This document shows, piece after piece, positions 24,557 through 33,799 of a stretch of DNA of 36,213 bases (position 1 is the stretch's first letter; each line of letters opens with the position of its first letter). A model generated the notes under the pieces. That model worked only from the letters and a program-made list of their open reading frames with translations. It was not told the origin of the DNA and did not search any database. Both the position numbers and the translations under genes were made by a program. The DNA is from an uncultured bacterium. Lineage in GTDB: Bacteria > Pseudomonadota > Alphaproteobacteria > Rhodospirillales > Rhodospirillaceae. The stretch covers positions 1-36,213 of the forward strand of contig CAITZE010000080.1 in NCBI GenBank assembly GCA_903896775.1, given 5' to 3'.

Positions 24557-26674
24557 TTAGCCTCGCGGCTCTGCCGCACGCCGTGGTAATCTTTCGCTTT
24601 CGATGGCCACGAAATCACCGTTGCCGAGAGAGGCGCGGTGGCCGTTGGCGATGTCGCGCAAGGGCAAAGTGATTGTGCGTCCATTGCCGTCTTCACAATA
24701 GATTGTCGCCTGGTTGCGGTCGATACCGCTGGGAAGAAATATGCTGAATCCGAAGTCCTCGGCGCTGACGCTATGGCCTTCGCTGGTAAGGCCGGTCCGC
24801 ACGTCCGGGCGTTTCAGAAAATGTATCGTTTCGCCCAATGTCGCATTATCGGCCCGCACGGCTACGCGAACCGGCGGCGCAAGGCCGACCGAGGCCCAAC
24901 CGCGCAGTAAGCCCGATTGGTCGACCTGCCAAGTCAGATGCTCGCTGCTGATCGAGATATAATCGCCGTCGCCGACGCGGAGGGTATCGCCGCTCGCGAC
25001 ATCGCGGAGCGGTAGCGAAATCATTCGCCCATTGGCGTCCTCGCAGCAAATCACGGCATCACGGCGATCGATGCCGTTTGGAAGGCGCATCGTAAAACCA
25101 AATCTGTCACTTTTAATCTCGCCGCCTTCGCTCTGAACGCGCTCCTGCACGTCCGGTCGCGGATAAAATTGCTTCGTTTCGCCCAATAATTTATTGCCAA
25201 CCCGCAAGGTTACCCGTGCGGGCGCTTTAAGCCCCACGACCGCCCAACCGCGCAGGAAACCAAGTTGGCGCAAGGTATCGAGGTCCGGCGTCAGGCGGCT
25301 GCCCCGTTCTGCCGCTGCAATGGCGGACCGGGGGCTGTTTTTATAAAGCGCCAGAAGTTCGTCGACATATGCGGGTGTCGACTTGGGTGGCTCGCAATTG
25401 GAACTCAATCTGGCGAGAAGCGTTGGCTCTGATATCAAGCGCTTCAGCCGTGCATGCAACGCCTTGAAGTCGCCGGGACGGAACGTCATGCCGTTCAAGT
25501 TATCTATGATGATGTCGGAAAGGCCCGGAAAATCCGACGCAATGACAGGACGTTTTGCCGCGAGGGCCGACTGAACCACGAGCGGCGAGTTCTCAAACCA
25601 CATCGACGGCACGACCAGTACGTCCAATCCCGCCAGTACGTGCCCGATATCGCCGTTCGGGAATGTTCCGCAGAATTCGATGTCGTCAAAACCGGCTGCG
25701 CGCTGGCGCAGGCTCGCGTTGTATTCCGCAAAATCTTTCAGGTTTCCGTAAATCTTTAAGCGCGCACTTCCACGCGGGAGAAGTTTGAAGGCTTCGATGA
25801 GAATATGGCAGCCCTTGTGAGGCGCCAAAGTCCCGATAAACCCGATCGTCAGCGGTGTGCCAGCTTTCACTTCAGGCGCGGGGATGTCGTAGCCCGTGAG
25901 ATCGATGCCGAAGCCGGAATTGACGATCAACCGTGTGTCGGCGCCGTTTTCGGTGATGACCTTTGTCATGAAGCGCGTCGGCGAGACGATGCCGTCCAGC
26001 CAATTCAGCCGCGCGATCATAAACGCCTTACGCTGCGCCATCGCCTTGATTTCCCGGCTCACAGGATGAGGCGGTAATATATCGTGTTTGACAAGCCCGG
26101 CGATAACATCGGCCACCAGATCGGGTACGTATGGCGCTACTTTCTGCGCGCGCGATCCGCCTCTAAATTGGGCGAAGTGTTTGACGCAGTTCCCTGCAAA
26201 AAAAGACGGGCCACTACAGACCTTGCCATTTGGCAGTAGCAATTGCGCCGTGGGGCAAATCGACCAGAAATCCGTCGGCGTATAAAAGGCGGGGATCCCA
26301 GCGCTCACGGCGGCATCAATGAGGCGAATACCCAACCGGATCATGTGGAAGAAGTGGACAACGTCCGGTTTGAAATGGGCGAGGATCTGCGTGAAGTGCT
26401 GCGTCGCTAAGTGGTTATCGTACTCGATCTCGGTCACCACTTCCTGACCGCCCATGGCGACATAGGCATGGTGGAAGCGATACACATGCATGCCTTCGAG
26501 GTCGTACTCATCGTGGCGGTCGGCGTCTGCAACGGTCGCCGCGGCGGGAAAGCCGGTCAGAACCGCAACCGTATGGCCGCGCCGGATTAACTCCTTGGCG
26601 ACGCTAAAGGTCAAAACCTCGGTTCCCGAAAAGTAATCAGGGTAAAACTGATGAACCGTCAGAAGAATTTTCAA
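24557..26674 (-). CDS. Family 4 (GT-B, group 1) glycosyltransferase with two tandem 116-aa C-terminal repeat domains
   Basis: MKILLTVHQFYPDYFSGTEV N-terminus, and ...GTLAPHKGCHILIEAF...VLVVPSMWFENSPLVVQSALAAKRPVIASD.PG with the E(x7)E-type region. TTG start at 26674. For the repeats see 24584-25279. Confidence 0.85.
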   Translation of the reverse strand: MKILLTVHQFYPDYFSGTEVLTFSVAKELIRRGHTVAVLTGFPAAATVADADRHDEYDLEGMHVYRFHHAYVAMGGQEVVTEIEYDNHLATQHFTQILAHFKPDVVHFFHMIRLGIRLIDAAVSAGIPAFYTPTDFWSICPTAQLLLPNGKVCSGPSFFAGNCVKHFAQFRGGSRAQKVAPYVPDLVADVIAGLVKHDILPPHPVSREIKAMAQRKAFMIARLNWLDGIVSPTRFMTKVITENGADTRLIVNSGFGIDLTGYDIPAPEVKAGTPLTIGFIGTLAPHKGCHILIEAFKLLPRGSARLKIYGNLKDFAEYNASLRQRAAGFDDIEFCGTFPNGDIGHVLAGLDVLVVPSMWFENSPLVVQSALAAKRPVIASDFPGLSDIIIDNLNGMTFRPGDFKALHARLKRLISEPTLLARLSSNCEPPKSTPAYVDELLALYKNSPRSAIAAAERGSRLTPDLDTLRQLGFLRGWAVVGLKAPARVTLRVGNKLLGETKQFYPRPDVQERVQSEGGEIKSDRFGFTMRLPNGIDRRDAVICCEDANGRMISLPLRDVASGDTLRVGDGDYISISSEHLTWQVDQSGLLRGWASVGLAPPVRVAVRADNATLGETIHFLKRPDVRTGLTSEGHSVSAEDFGFSIFLPSGIDRNQATIYCEDGNGRTITLPLRDIANGHRASLGNGDFVAIESERLPRRAAEPRG
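24584..25279 (-). repeat. Intragenic tandem duplication: two 348-nt (116-aa) repeat units encoding a domain of unknown function at the GT4 C-terminus
   Basis: Ungapped hand alignment of aa 466-581 against aa 582-697 gives 59/116 identical residues. Shared motif: LRGWA.VGL..P.RV..R..N..LGET..F..RPDV.....SEG.......FGF...LP.GIDR..A.I.CED.NGR.I.LPLRD.A.G. Confidence 0.85.
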
Positions 26675-26705
26675 TGACCGGTCTTTCTAACGCTGGAGAC
26701 GTACA

Positions 26706-27668
26706 TTACACGCCTTGCACCGCTTTAACGGCACCGGCTTTTTCGTCGCGTATGGCTTGGTAGGTCGCCTTCGCGCGCAGGTAATTCAAGGCCGGCGTCC
26801 TGATCAACATCGCAATTTTGTGGCGCCAGCGTTTTTCCTCGCGCGCCACATAGAACATGTCGTCGAAAGTCCAAGCTAAGAAGGACTGGATGGCTTTCCA
26901 GAGTGTTGGCGTCAATTCCAACCGGTACTGCTGGTAGAGCTTCACGTGGCAGACGTAAGTTCTTTTGTATTCGTAGCTCAAGGGCCGGTCATGCGAATGC
27001 ACAACAGCGGCGGCGGGTTCGTAGACAATTTTATATCCGCGCTTCAGAACGCGTTCGGCCCAGTCAATGTCTTCGCCAAAATTGATGCGTCCGAATTTCT
27101 CTTTCTCCCAGACGCTTTTACGCATAGCCGAGCAAACATTATCGAAATTGCAAAGCGTGTATTTCTCGACAGGCGTCATGGCTTCAAAGGTCTTTGTATC
27201 CTTGAGCGAGCGAACCTCCCGCTCGAGCCGTGACGTAAAATGCGAATTGAGGTTTCGGGCGACCAGAACATCGGCATCGGGCTGCGGAATTTGCCGCGCA
27301 TAGACACCGCCGACGCCGTCTTCGTTTAAGGCGGCAATCAAGCTCTCAATCATATGCGTATCGTAGGGGGTCGCATCCTGGACCGACATTACAATGCGGC
27401 CGGTGGTGGTTTGAGTCACCGCGAAATCACGCGTCGCGCCGTGATTGAATTCCTTCGGCGGAATGACGAAGCACTTGGCTCCTGCCGCGCGCGCGGTTTC
27501 CACGGTGTCATCGTCGGACCCGGAATCGACAATGACGAATTCAACTTCTTTCCAGCATGTCTGGCGCTGAAGTTCAGCAACCACACGTTTCCAAAGCTCG
27601 CCGCCGTTTTTTGTGGGGACGACAAGAGAGCAAGAATAAGTACGTGGTGCTTGCGAGGTATCGGACAT
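26706..27668 (-). CDS. Family 2 glycosyltransferase
   Basis: CSLVVPTKNGGELW...VEFVIVDSGSDDDT...SVQDATP is a GT-A fold with DxD-type motifs. Starts 1 nt after the preceding stop. Confidence 0.85.
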   Translation of the reverse strand: MSDTSQAPRTYSCSLVVPTKNGGELWKRVVAELQRQTCWKEVEFVIVDSGSDDDTVETARAAGAKCFVIPPKEFNHGATRDFAVTQTTTGRIVMSVQDATPYDTHMIESLIAALNEDGVGGVYARQIPQPDADVLVARNLNSHFTSRLEREVRSLKDTKTFEAMTPVEKYTLCNFDNVCSAMRKSVWEKEKFGRINFGEDIDWAERVLKRGYKIVYEPAAAVVHSHDRPLSYEYKRTYVCHVKLYQQYRLELTPTLWKAIQSFLAWTFDDMFYVAREEKRWRHKIAMLIRTPALNYLRAKATYQAIRDEKAGAVKAVQGV

Positions 27669-27669
27669 T

Positions 27670-29445
27670 TCAACCGCCTGTAACGCGTGCGAGGCGTGCC
27701 CGTGCGGCCCGCAAAAATTGGCGTGCCAGGAACCTTAGGCTGCCATGCTCAGTCGCACGCAGAGCTTGAAGCGTGGAGAGGTCGTTCATCTTTTGTTGGA
27801 GGGCTGCAGCCGCCACCTCGCGCTCGGAAACGGCACGGTCGAGCTGGGCCTTTAAGCCATGCGCCGCCTGCCCATTCTCATATGCATCAAGGCGCGTCTT
27901 ATACAGAGCGTTTTGTTTGCTCATGAACTGTTGGATGTAGTCGGTATCCTGGTCGAAAAGAATGCGACTTGATATCTCGGGGACCGGCTGGCGAGAACAC
28001 AGAGCTATAAAAGCCAAGGGTTTGGTTTCGATAGCGCCGTCGTCTTCCATGGGGCCGAGGGCCAATCTTCCGTCTGCGTTACCGTCATCGATGGCAACGC
28101 CAACATGAACGTATTGCCGCAAGATTCTAATGTGAGTGAAATGTGGGCTCAGGAGATCGCGCAGCTCGGCTTCCGACATCTCGCGTAGATGGTATGGATT
28201 GGCGCCATAGAGGGCCGTCACGGCGGGATTGGGTGTTGAAATCAGCAACACGCCGTCATCCCGCAACAATCGGGCGATACTGGCGACAACGGCAAGCTGG
28301 GTCTTGTGATCGACGTGTTCGATCATTTCAAAGCAGGTCACGAGATCAAAAGAGGCGGCGGGCAACGTTGCGCCAAGGTCATCATGGCGGCGGAAGGTCA
28401 GGCGTGCGTTACGGTGGCTGTCGCGTGCCCATTCGAGGGCCCCTGCGTCGATATCGAGGCCTACAACCTCAGTAGCCGTGTCAGCCAAAATGGCCGCGCC
28501 GTATCCCGTGCCGCAGCCGAAATCCAAAACACTTTTATTCGCCGCCAGTGGTTTCGCGAGCGCGTAACGCGGCATGTGTTCATATTCGGCGAGCTTTGAC
28601 CACGTGCCCGGCACAAACCGTTCGCGCATGAATTCGGTGAAATCGCTGCCGCTCGCGGTTGCAATCAGCCCAGCGCAGCTTGAGAGGTCCGCTCGCGTGG
28701 CTGCATTTGCATCAGATCCGCCGACCTCAATATTTTTGAAATGCAGGCGTGTGAGAAAATAACTCAGCGTCTCGGGCGCATAATACACAAGGTGAGACGC
28801 CGGATGACGATATGCCCACGCGGCGGGGTCACGCTTGGCGTCCGCCGATCCAGCGTTAGGTGTGGTGATCAGCACCACCGTTTTCGCGGTGATCGCACCG
28901 ATGGAGAACAGTTGATAAAACGTCGGATAGGGCGAACGCAAATGCTCCACAACGTCGAGCATAAGAACGACATCGAACTCATGCGGGATGAGATCGGCGA
29001 TGGTTTCTACCACATAAGCTTCGCCGCCGAGGCGCTCCTGCGCCTTGGCGCGGGCATGGGCTGAGGGCTCGACACCGAAGCATCGCCAGCCCTGTTTGGC
29101 GGCTATTGCCAAATGGGTTCCGTAACCACAGCCGACATCGAGGATCGAGAGTCCGCTGCGGCCAGCGAAAGGTGCGAGGATCGCGTTCAATAAATCAACC
29201 GACCATGCGGTCTGGGCGTCGTAATCCTCATAGCCACCCTTTTCGCCGCCTTCGAACCATGCGCTGCGATCGTAATAGCTCTTTAAGGCCTGCTCGCTCG
29301 GCATCGGGAAAACGTGATCGGCGCGGCAGGTCGCGCAGGTATAAACGTCCGCGCCATCCACATGGCACAGGAATCCGACATGCGCTTTATCACCGCATAC
29401 CGGACAGGCATGATCGATTTTCCGCAAGGTTGGATCAGCCGTCAT
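27670..29445 (-). CDS. Dual methyltransferase: N-terminal Cys4 zinc ribbon, two class I SAM-methyltransferase domains and a C-terminal coiled coil with a basic amphipathic tail (WbdD-like chain-terminator candidate)
   Basis: CPVCG...C.TC zinc ribbon. Domain 1 has ILDVGCGYGTHL...FDVVLMLDVVEHL and domain 2 has VLDFGCGTGYGA...FDLVTCFEMIEHV. The heptad-like C-terminus reads QAAHGLKAQLDRAVSEREVAAAALQQKMNDLSTLQALRA and ends in RFLARQFLRAARARLAR. The ATG at 29445 (MTADPTL...) lies inside the last 11 nt of wzt. Confidence 0.8.
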   Translation of the reverse strand: MTADPTLRKIDHACPVCGDKAHVGFLCHVDGADVYTCATCRADHVFPMPSEQALKSYYDRSAWFEGGEKGGYEDYDAQTAWSVDLLNAILAPFAGRSGLSILDVGCGYGTHLAIAAKQGWRCFGVEPSAHARAKAQERLGGEAYVVETIADLIPHEFDVVLMLDVVEHLRSPYPTFYQLFSIGAITAKTVVLITTPNAGSADAKRDPAAWAYRHPASHLVYYAPETLSYFLTRLHFKNIEVGGSDANAATRADLSSCAGLIATASGSDFTEFMRERFVPGTWSKLAEYEHMPRYALAKPLAANKSVLDFGCGTGYGAAILADTATEVVGLDIDAGALEWARDSHRNARLTFRRHDDLGATLPAASFDLVTCFEMIEHVDHKTQLAVVASIARLLRDDGVLLISTPNPAVTALYGANPYHLREMSEAELRDLLSPHFTHIRILRQYVHVGVAIDDGNADGRLALGPMEDDGAIETKPLAFIALCSRQPVPEISSRILFDQDTDYIQQFMSKQNALYKTRLDAYENGQAAHGLKAQLDRAVSEREVAAAALQQKMNDLSTLQALRATEHGSLRFLARQFLRAARARLARVTGG

Positions 29446-30631
29446 TATCGATCCACTCGCAAGGATGAATGAACTTGCCCCACGTTGGATAAGGTGCCCG
29501 CACCGCAAATCGCATCGTAAGGTCGGTCAGGGCATAGCATAAGGTATAGTCGGCGGAACAGGCACCTACCGCGACGCGGTACTCGCCGGGCGCGAGGCTC
29601 AGGGGGAACAAACGGACAGAGCCGCTTAAAGTTTCACCGGCTTTCACGGGCTTCCAATATTTCCCGATGTCGCGGCTGGTTTGCCCAACCACCCAATCGC
29701 CGTCGGAGCGGTAGATGCTGATATTGAAGACCACCGGCCCAAGATCCTGTTTCGCGAGCAGCGAGAACGCGATTTCGAGTGTTTGGCCGGGCGCGAACTC
29801 CTGATCCACACCGCCGACAATATGAGTATCCGTGAAGACCGCTTTGCCGGTTTCCTGCTGCACCAGAATGGATGCGACGGGGACTTCGGCCGATTTCTGC
29901 CCTAAGGCGTCGGCATAATAGTCCTGCGAGACGCGGATTGGATCGCCAATACCTCTAATCTGTCCGTGTTCCAGCCACACCACGCGCGAGCATAAAAGCT
30001 GCAGCGTGCTGATGTCGTGGGTCACGAACAAAATCGTCACGCCTTGTCCCACCAGGACCTGAAGCCGCTCAAGGCATTTATTGCGGAAGGCAACGTCGCC
30101 GACACTCAGGGCCTCATCGATGATAAGGATTTCCGGGCTGACGTGGATCGCAACGGCGAACGCCAGGCGCATGAACATGCCGCTCGAGTAAGTTTTGACC
30201 GGCTCGTCAATGAACTCATCCAGCTCGGCGAAGGCGACAATGTCGTCGAAGCGCGCAGCGATCTCGTCGCGTGTCATGCCGAGGATGGCGGCATTCAAAA
30301 AAGCATTTTCGCGGCCGGTGAAGTCGGGATTGAAGCCCGCGCCCAACTCCAGCAAGGCCGCAACGCGACCTGAAACAGTGACATCGCCGGACGTCGGCGT
30401 TGCTGTGCCGCAGATGGCTTGCAGCAAGGTGGATTTGCCAGCGCCGTTGCGCCCGATGATGCCCAAGACTTCGCCGCGTTTGACCTCGAGCGAGACATCG
30501 CGCAAAGCCCAAAAATCACGAAAATACTTTTTGCGGCGGAAGATGCTCTGCATCAAGCGGTGATGCGGGCGATCGTAAATTTGGTAACACTTCGAGAGAT
30601 TGCTGACGCGAATGGCGATTTCAGAGGACAT
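29435..30631 (-). CDS. wzt: Polysaccharide/O-antigen export ABC transporter ATP-binding protein Wzt, with a C-terminal beta-sandwich (Wzt_C-type carbohydrate-binding) domain
   Basis: IRVSNLSKCYQIY........FWALRDVSLEVKRGEVLGIIGRNGAGKSTLL, YSSGMFMRLAFAVA and LIIDEALSVGD (TagH/KpsT/Wzt subfamily). An extra ~150 aa follow the nucleotide-binding domain. The ATG at 30631 overlaps the wzm end by 11 nt. Confidence 0.9.
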   Translation of the reverse strand: MSSEIAIRVSNLSKCYQIYDRPHHRLMQSIFRRKKYFRDFWALRDVSLEVKRGEVLGIIGRNGAGKSTLLQAICGTATPTSGDVTVSGRVAALLELGAGFNPDFTGRENAFLNAAILGMTRDEIAARFDDIVAFAELDEFIDEPVKTYSSGMFMRLAFAVAIHVSPEILIIDEALSVGDVAFRNKCLERLQVLVGQGVTILFVTHDISTLQLLCSRVVWLEHGQIRGIGDPIRVSQDYYADALGQKSAEVPVASILVQQETGKAVFTDTHIVGGVDQEFAPGQTLEIAFSLLAKQDLGPVVFNISIYRSDGDWVVGQTSRDIGKYWKPVKAGETLSGSVRLFPLSLAPGEYRVAVGACSADYTLCYALTDLTMRFAVRAPYPTWGKFIHPCEWIDNDG

Positions 30632-31439
30632 CCGCAAATCCTTTGCGTGTCTTCTGGAAAAACGCGAAGCCGACACAAGCGACAGCGATGCCGCAAGCCG
30701 AGAACACGCCGAGTGCCGGCCAGTCCGGCAGCTTGCCTAACATCAGCACGTCGCGAACCTGCTCAACGGCAAGGGTCAATGGATTAAGATATAGAAACGG
30801 CCGCATGCGTTCAGGGATCGCCGTAAGGGGATAAAAGATCGGCGACAGGAACATCAATGTCGATGTCACGACCCCCACGATTTGCCCGACATCCCGCAGA
30901 TAGACCCCTAAAGCCGCGAGAAACCAGGTCAGGCCAAGGATGATGAGCGCCAGCGGAAGCAAAACCACCGGAACCAGGACTACCGTCGCATGGGGTATGC
31001 CGAACAATACGACATAGAATAACAGCCAAACGAACAGCGTGATCACCAAATGGAAGAGCGCTGCACCAAAAGCCACCCACGGCAGGATTTCCAAGGGGAA
31101 GGCGACCTTCTTGACGTAATTGACATTGGTGAGAATCAAGGACGGCCCGCGATTAAGGCATTCGGCGAACATCGTGAACACCAGAAGCCCGGCGAACAAC
31201 ATGAGTGCGTATTCAGTCGTCGAGCCATTCCCGCCGGTCCAGCGCGCTTTGAACACGCCGCTAAAGACGAAGGTGTAAACTGTCAGCATCAGCAGGGGAT
31301 AGAAGAACGACCATGCGATCCCGAGCGCGGAGCCACGGTAGCGGCCCAGCGCATCGCGTTTGGCCAACATGACGATGAGCGCGCGATTGCGCCACGCGCT
31401 TTCAACAATTTCTCGCGGCGATGCAGACGCCTGCTTCAT
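30621..31439 (-). CDS. wzm: Polysaccharide export ABC-2 type permease Wzm
   Basis: LAKRDALGRYRGSALGIAWSFFYPLLM and six hydrophobic helices. The ATG at 31439 shares one nucleotide with the rfbC stop (TGATG). Confidence 0.88.
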   Translation of the reverse strand: MKQASASPREIVESAWRNRALIVMLAKRDALGRYRGSALGIAWSFFYPLLMLTVYTFVFSGVFKARWTGGNGSTTEYALMLFAGLLVFTMFAECLNRGPSLILTNVNYVKKVAFPLEILPWVAFGAALFHLVITLFVWLLFYVVLFGIPHATVVLVPVVLLPLALIILGLTWFLAALGVYLRDVGQIVGVVTSTLMFLSPIFYPLTAIPERMRPFLYLNPLTLAVEQVRDVLMLGKLPDWPALGVFSACGIAVACVGFAFFQKTRKGFADVL

Positions 31440-31984
31440 CAGGCAAACGTCTCTGCCGAATTCAATAGCGCGCCCTTTTGGTCTTTGGCGGACAAGGTTG
31501 GCGTCCCGCTCACAGGCCATTGGATGGCAAGGCTGGTGTCGTTCCAGGCGATGCAGCGCTCGTGCTCTGGCGCCCAGTAGTCCGTGGCCTTGTAAAACAC
31601 GACAGCTGTCTCAGACGTCACGACAAAGCCGTGCGCAAAGCCTTCCGGGATCCACATTTCGCGTTTGTTTTCGGACGAGAGTGTCTCGCTGACCCATTGG
31701 CCGTATGTCGGCGAAGATTTGCGAATATCGACGGCAACGTCAAAGATCTCGCCGTCAAGCACGCGAATGAGTTTCCCCTGCGTTTGCCGGATTTGATAAT
31801 GCAATCCGCGCAGGACGCCTTTGATGGAGCAGGAATGATTGTCCTGCACAAAATTCGGATCGATCCCGGTGGCTTCTTGGAAAGCGCGGCGATTATAGCT
31901 TTCATAAAAATAGCCGCGCGCGTCGCCGAAGACCTTCGGCTCGATCAAAATTACATCGGGAATAGCGAGACGTGTCGCCTTCAT
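31439..31984 (-). CDS. rfbC: dTDP-4-dehydrorhamnose 3,5-epimerase (RmlC)
   Basis: [23 protein letters not shown]...[15 protein letters not shown].....KL.RV..G.IFDVAVD.R..SPT.G.W. Confidence 0.93.
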   Translation of the reverse strand: MKATRLAIPDVILIEPKVFGDARGYFYESYNRRAFQEATGIDPNFVQDNHSCSIKGVLRGLHYQIRQTQGKLIRVLDGEIFDVAVDIRKSSPTYGQWVSETLSSENKREMWIPEGFAHGFVVTSETAVVFYKATDYWAPEHERCIAWNDTSLAIQWPVSGTPTLSAKDQKGALLNSAETFA

Positions 31985-32877
31985 TGGAACATCGGCTCCG
32001 TCAGCAGATTTTTAAGATAGCGGCCGTAATCGTTCTTGGCCAAGGGCTCGGCAAGCTTTTGCAACTGTGCCGCGTCGATCCATTTACGCCGGAAGGCAAT
32101 TTCCTCGGGGCAGGAGACTTTCATGCCCTGGCGCTTTTCCAACGTGGCAATGAATTGGCTAGCTTCAAGCATGGACTCATGGGTGCCGGTATCGAGCCAG
32201 GCATAGCCGCGGCCCATGATGTTCACGGACAACGTGCCGGCATTAAGGTATGTGCGATTGAGATCGGTGATTTCCAATTCGCCGCGTGCCGAAGGCTTTA
32301 AGGCTTTAGCGTAATCCACCGCGCGGCCGTCGTAGAAATATAAACCCGTCACCGCGAAATTGGATTTCGGCTGCTTGGGTTTTTCTTCCAGGCTGATGGC
32401 CTTCAAGGTGGCATTGCTGAATTCCACCACGCCGTACCGTTCTGGATCATTCACGTGATAGGCAAACACAGTAGCCCCATCGCTTTTGGCATGAGCTGGG
32501 TCCAACAGGCCGGGCAAATCGTGGCCATGGAAAATGTTATCGCCGAGCACCAGAGCGGAGGGCGCGCCCGCCAGGAAGGACTCTCCTATAATGAAAGCCT
32601 GGGCGAGGCCATCCGGCGACGGCTGCACCGCGTAGGAGAAATTGAGGCCCCACTGCTCTCCCGACCCCAGCAGTTGTTGGAAGCGCGGCGTATCGAGCGG
32701 CGTGGAAATGATGAGGATGTCGCGGATGCCGGCCAGCATCAAAGTCGACAGCGGATAATAAATCATCGGCTTGTCGAAGACCGGAAGCAGTTGTTTGGAA
32801 AGCACCAAGGTCGCCGGGTGAAGGCGTGTGCCCGCACCTCCCGCTAGAATGATGCCTTTGCGTGTTTTCGTCGTCAT
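31981..32877 (-). CDS. rfbA: Glucose-1-phosphate thymidylyltransferase (RmlA)
   Basis: [17 protein letters not shown]...[33 protein letters not shown]...[17 protein letters not shown] overlap with rfbC. Confidence 0.95.
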   Translation of the reverse strand: MTTKTRKGIILAGGAGTRLHPATLVLSKQLLPVFDKPMIYYPLSTLMLAGIRDILIISTPLDTPRFQQLLGSGEQWGLNFSYAVQPSPDGLAQAFIIGESFLAGAPSALVLGDNIFHGHDLPGLLDPAHAKSDGATVFAYHVNDPERYGVVEFSNATLKAISLEEKPKQPKSNFAVTGLYFYDGRAVDYAKALKPSARGELEITDLNRTYLNAGTLSVNIMGRGYAWLDTGTHESMLEASQFIATLEKRQGMKVSCPEEIAFRRKWIDAAQLQKLAEPLAKNDYGRYLKNLLTEPMFQ

Positions 32878-32880
32878 GGC

Positions 32881-33771
32881 CTATGCGCTTTCGTGCGGAA
32901 GTTCTTCAAGAAACCGGCCCAGGTGAGCGTCCCACGACGGCAGCGTCAAGCCAAAGGCGGCCCTCAGCTTATCGGTTGCCAGGCGGGAATTGGCAATGCG
33001 CTTAGCGGGTGTCGGGTAATCGGCGGTGGCTATGGGCAGAATCCGCTCTGGAACGGCTTTTAGGGCGTAGCCCTTGGCGGCGGCGAGGCGCACCAAAAGC
33101 CGGGCATAAGCATGCCAATTGGTCTCTCCGGCCGCCGTCAGGTGGTAGGTCCCAATAAGATCCTCGGACCGGCCCACGCGCCTGACGGCAAGGGCCGTCA
33201 CATCGGCGATCAGCTCCGCACTGGTGGGGGCTCCGATTTGGTCGGCCACGATCTTCAATTCGTCCCGTGTCCGTGCCAGATTTAGGATGGTAGTGGGGAA
33301 GTTCTTTCCGCGCGGCGCGTAGACCCAACTGGTGCGAAAGATCAGATGACGGCCGCCGGCGGCTCGCACGGCTTCCTCACCTTGATATTTGCCGAGGCCA
33401 TAGCGGCTCACGGGATTGGCGGCGTCGGTTTCCACATAGCTTCCGACTTTCTCGCCATCGAAAATATAATCGGTGGAGTAGTGCACAAATAGCGCGCGGG
33501 CACGCACGGCTTCTTCCGCCAGAAGTCCGACAGCAGTTGCGTTGACACGCGTTGCTAAGTCGGGCTCTGACTCGGCTTTGTCGACAGCGGTATAAGCCGC
33601 CGCGTTCACGATGATGTCGGCCTTTGCGCCGCGCACGACCGTGCGCAAGCTGTCTAGATCAGACAGATCTGCCTTGACGCGATCGCACGCCGTCACTTCA
33701 CCCAAGGGCGCCAGCGACCGCTGCAATTCCCAACCGACCTGCCCAGTTGATCCTAGAAGAAGGATTTTCAT
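32881..33771 (-). CDS. rfbD: dTDP-4-dehydrorhamnose reductase (RmlD)
   Basis: MKILLLGSTGQVGWEL...VNAAAYTAVDKAE...STDYIFDG...Y.E.D...P...YG..K..GE. Confidence 0.92.
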   Translation of the reverse strand: MKILLLGSTGQVGWELQRSLAPLGEVTACDRVKADLSDLDSLRTVVRGAKADIIVNAAAYTAVDKAESEPDLATRVNATAVGLLAEEAVRARALFVHYSTDYIFDGEKVGSYVETDAANPVSRYGLGKYQGEEAVRAAGGRHLIFRTSWVYAPRGKNFPTTILNLARTRDELKIVADQIGAPTSAELIADVTALAVRRVGRSEDLIGTYHLTAAGETNWHAYARLLVRLAAAKGYALKAVPERILPIATADYPTPAKRIANSRLATDKLRAAFGLTLPSWDAHLGRFLEELPHESA

Positions 33772-33799
33772 CGGCTCCTGATCTTTAGTAGAGAGACGT

